Source of the DNA: Eledone cirrhosa
Taxonomy: Eukaryota
Assembly: GCA_964016885.1 (NCBI GenBank)
Contig: OZ024747.1
Location: forward strand, 23,746,001 to 23,810,000
Direction: 5' to 3'
DNA: 64,000 bases
Shown: one piece after another, positions 62,511 through 64,000 of the stretch
Numbering within the stretch: position 1 is the stretch's first letter
How the letters are laid out: each line of letters starts with the position of its first letter
Made by a program: the position numbers and the translations under genes
The notes under the pieces: generated by a model
Databases searched by the model: none
What the model saw: the letters and a program-made list of their open reading frames with translations, nothing else
Told to the model about the DNA's origin: nothing

Positions 62511-64000
62511 TATTAATCCATTTATCCGACATATACGATGAAAGATCTTTTTCATGATAAGAAAACAACAACAACAACACACCACCATATAAATTCGTAT
62601 TTAGTATGTATAAGAACCCACTTCATAATATTATGTTGAATAACTTTGAAAATGATTTGTTTAATATGATAAAAAATATCAAATTTGAAAAAAAAACTTC
62701 CAAATATTATAACTCTTTCTTGAAACAATTTAAAAAACAATTTAAAAAACAATTTAAAAAAAACAAAAAACAAGAAAATACTTGTACTTGCTGACAAAAC
62801 TAAAAATATATATACTACGGTTTTTAATGTAGTGTTTATCAACAACACTATATGCGTAATGTTCTGAAAGAATTGCGAGCAATTTATAACGTAATTTATG
62901 CATTGGTAACTGTGTATAAAAGTATTTAGTGAAAAAAAAAAAAGTGAAAAAAACAACTTTATCTACAAAGAACTATAATAAACCCTACGGTTTGGTAACA
63001 GTTTCATTACCATATTTCCAGTGAAAACACAACCTCTGATTTTCAAATAGTTTTGAAAATAATCAAGAATTTAGAGAGATTTAATAATGATTTCTAATTT
63101 AGACAAAAGACCAACAATTTGTTGGGGGTAGAGGAAAGTTGATTATATTAACCCCAGTACTTTTCTGGGACTTTATTTTATCAATCCTGAAAGGATGAAA
63201 AGAAAATCGACCTCAATATGATTTGAACTCCGAACATAAAGAACCAGAACAAATTCTGCAAAGTATTTATCTGATGATCTGACTCTAATTCATTGAATTA
63301 GAGAGATTTAACTTTATGACAAACTACATAAAATTATGATGGATGATATTTGAAAGAAAATATAAACACTTTAAAATAAACAGGATATATTATAACCAAT
63401 GGACATTGCCTGGCAACTTTCTGTACATCAATGACCTACTTGCTGCCACTTCTAAAAATCCACCAATAATAAAACTCTCCTTCACTTTCTACCTACAGGA
63501 ATCATTCATTTACAGTCTTAATGTCTCCATTATGTATACACTGAATACATGAACAGATACATAAAGAATATCCAACGTGATATCAGTCAACAATACACAC
63601 ATCAAGGAGGTTTCTAGGCAAATTAATCTACAACAATTCATACTAAAAAATTATATGTATATGTATATTATATATTTATATTTGTTTTTATATATATATT
63701 GTTATACTTGGGGAGGGTCATATTGTTGTAATAATATTGCCAGAAATAATAACAGAACACACCGACTGTTTGGTTGGTTTTCGTTTCTATATCTTTTATA
63801 TCTCCACAGTTAATTCATTTGGTCCTCAATGTTTATCCTTGACTGACCAACGGTCAAAAATACAGATATAAATACATATATATATTCTAACAAAGTTCTT
63901 TCATTGCACATCTGCAACATCATCAGTGGTACTATTATGTTTCCTCCTGTTGTATTGTATGTATTGTGTATGTGTATACATATATGTATATATATTTATA

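Overview
AT-rich, microsatellite-laden animal genomic DNA. The repeat complement (RTE LINEs with (ATG)n tails, tRNA-headed CORE-type SINEs, Penelope remnants, piggyBac/hAT/Tc1 MITEs, Helitron-like elements) suggests a coleoid cephalopod such as octopus; this is inference. I can support one protein-coding gene: a six-exon, 253-aa tetraspanin of the eight-cysteine (TspanC8-like) type on the + strand (3925..22578), assembled by hand from GT-AG sites with all introns in phase 0. There is one intact tRNA-Asp(GTC) at 61407..61478. Most of the rest is transposon-derived: two near-identical 5'-truncated RTE LINEs (one with an uninterrupted 780-codon RT ORF containing a PHD finger), plus CR1-, R4/Dong-, CRE-, mariner- and Penelope-like fragments and several satellites. 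The most striking hidden structure is eight type-I hammerhead ribozyme motifs (six distinct sequences) in Penelope-type fragments beside (TA)n tracts. Four lie in two ~400-bp-arm foldbacks, one starting ~46 nt after a tetraspanin splice donor. All assignments are by eye, and repeat boundaries are approximate unless a TSD is quoted.
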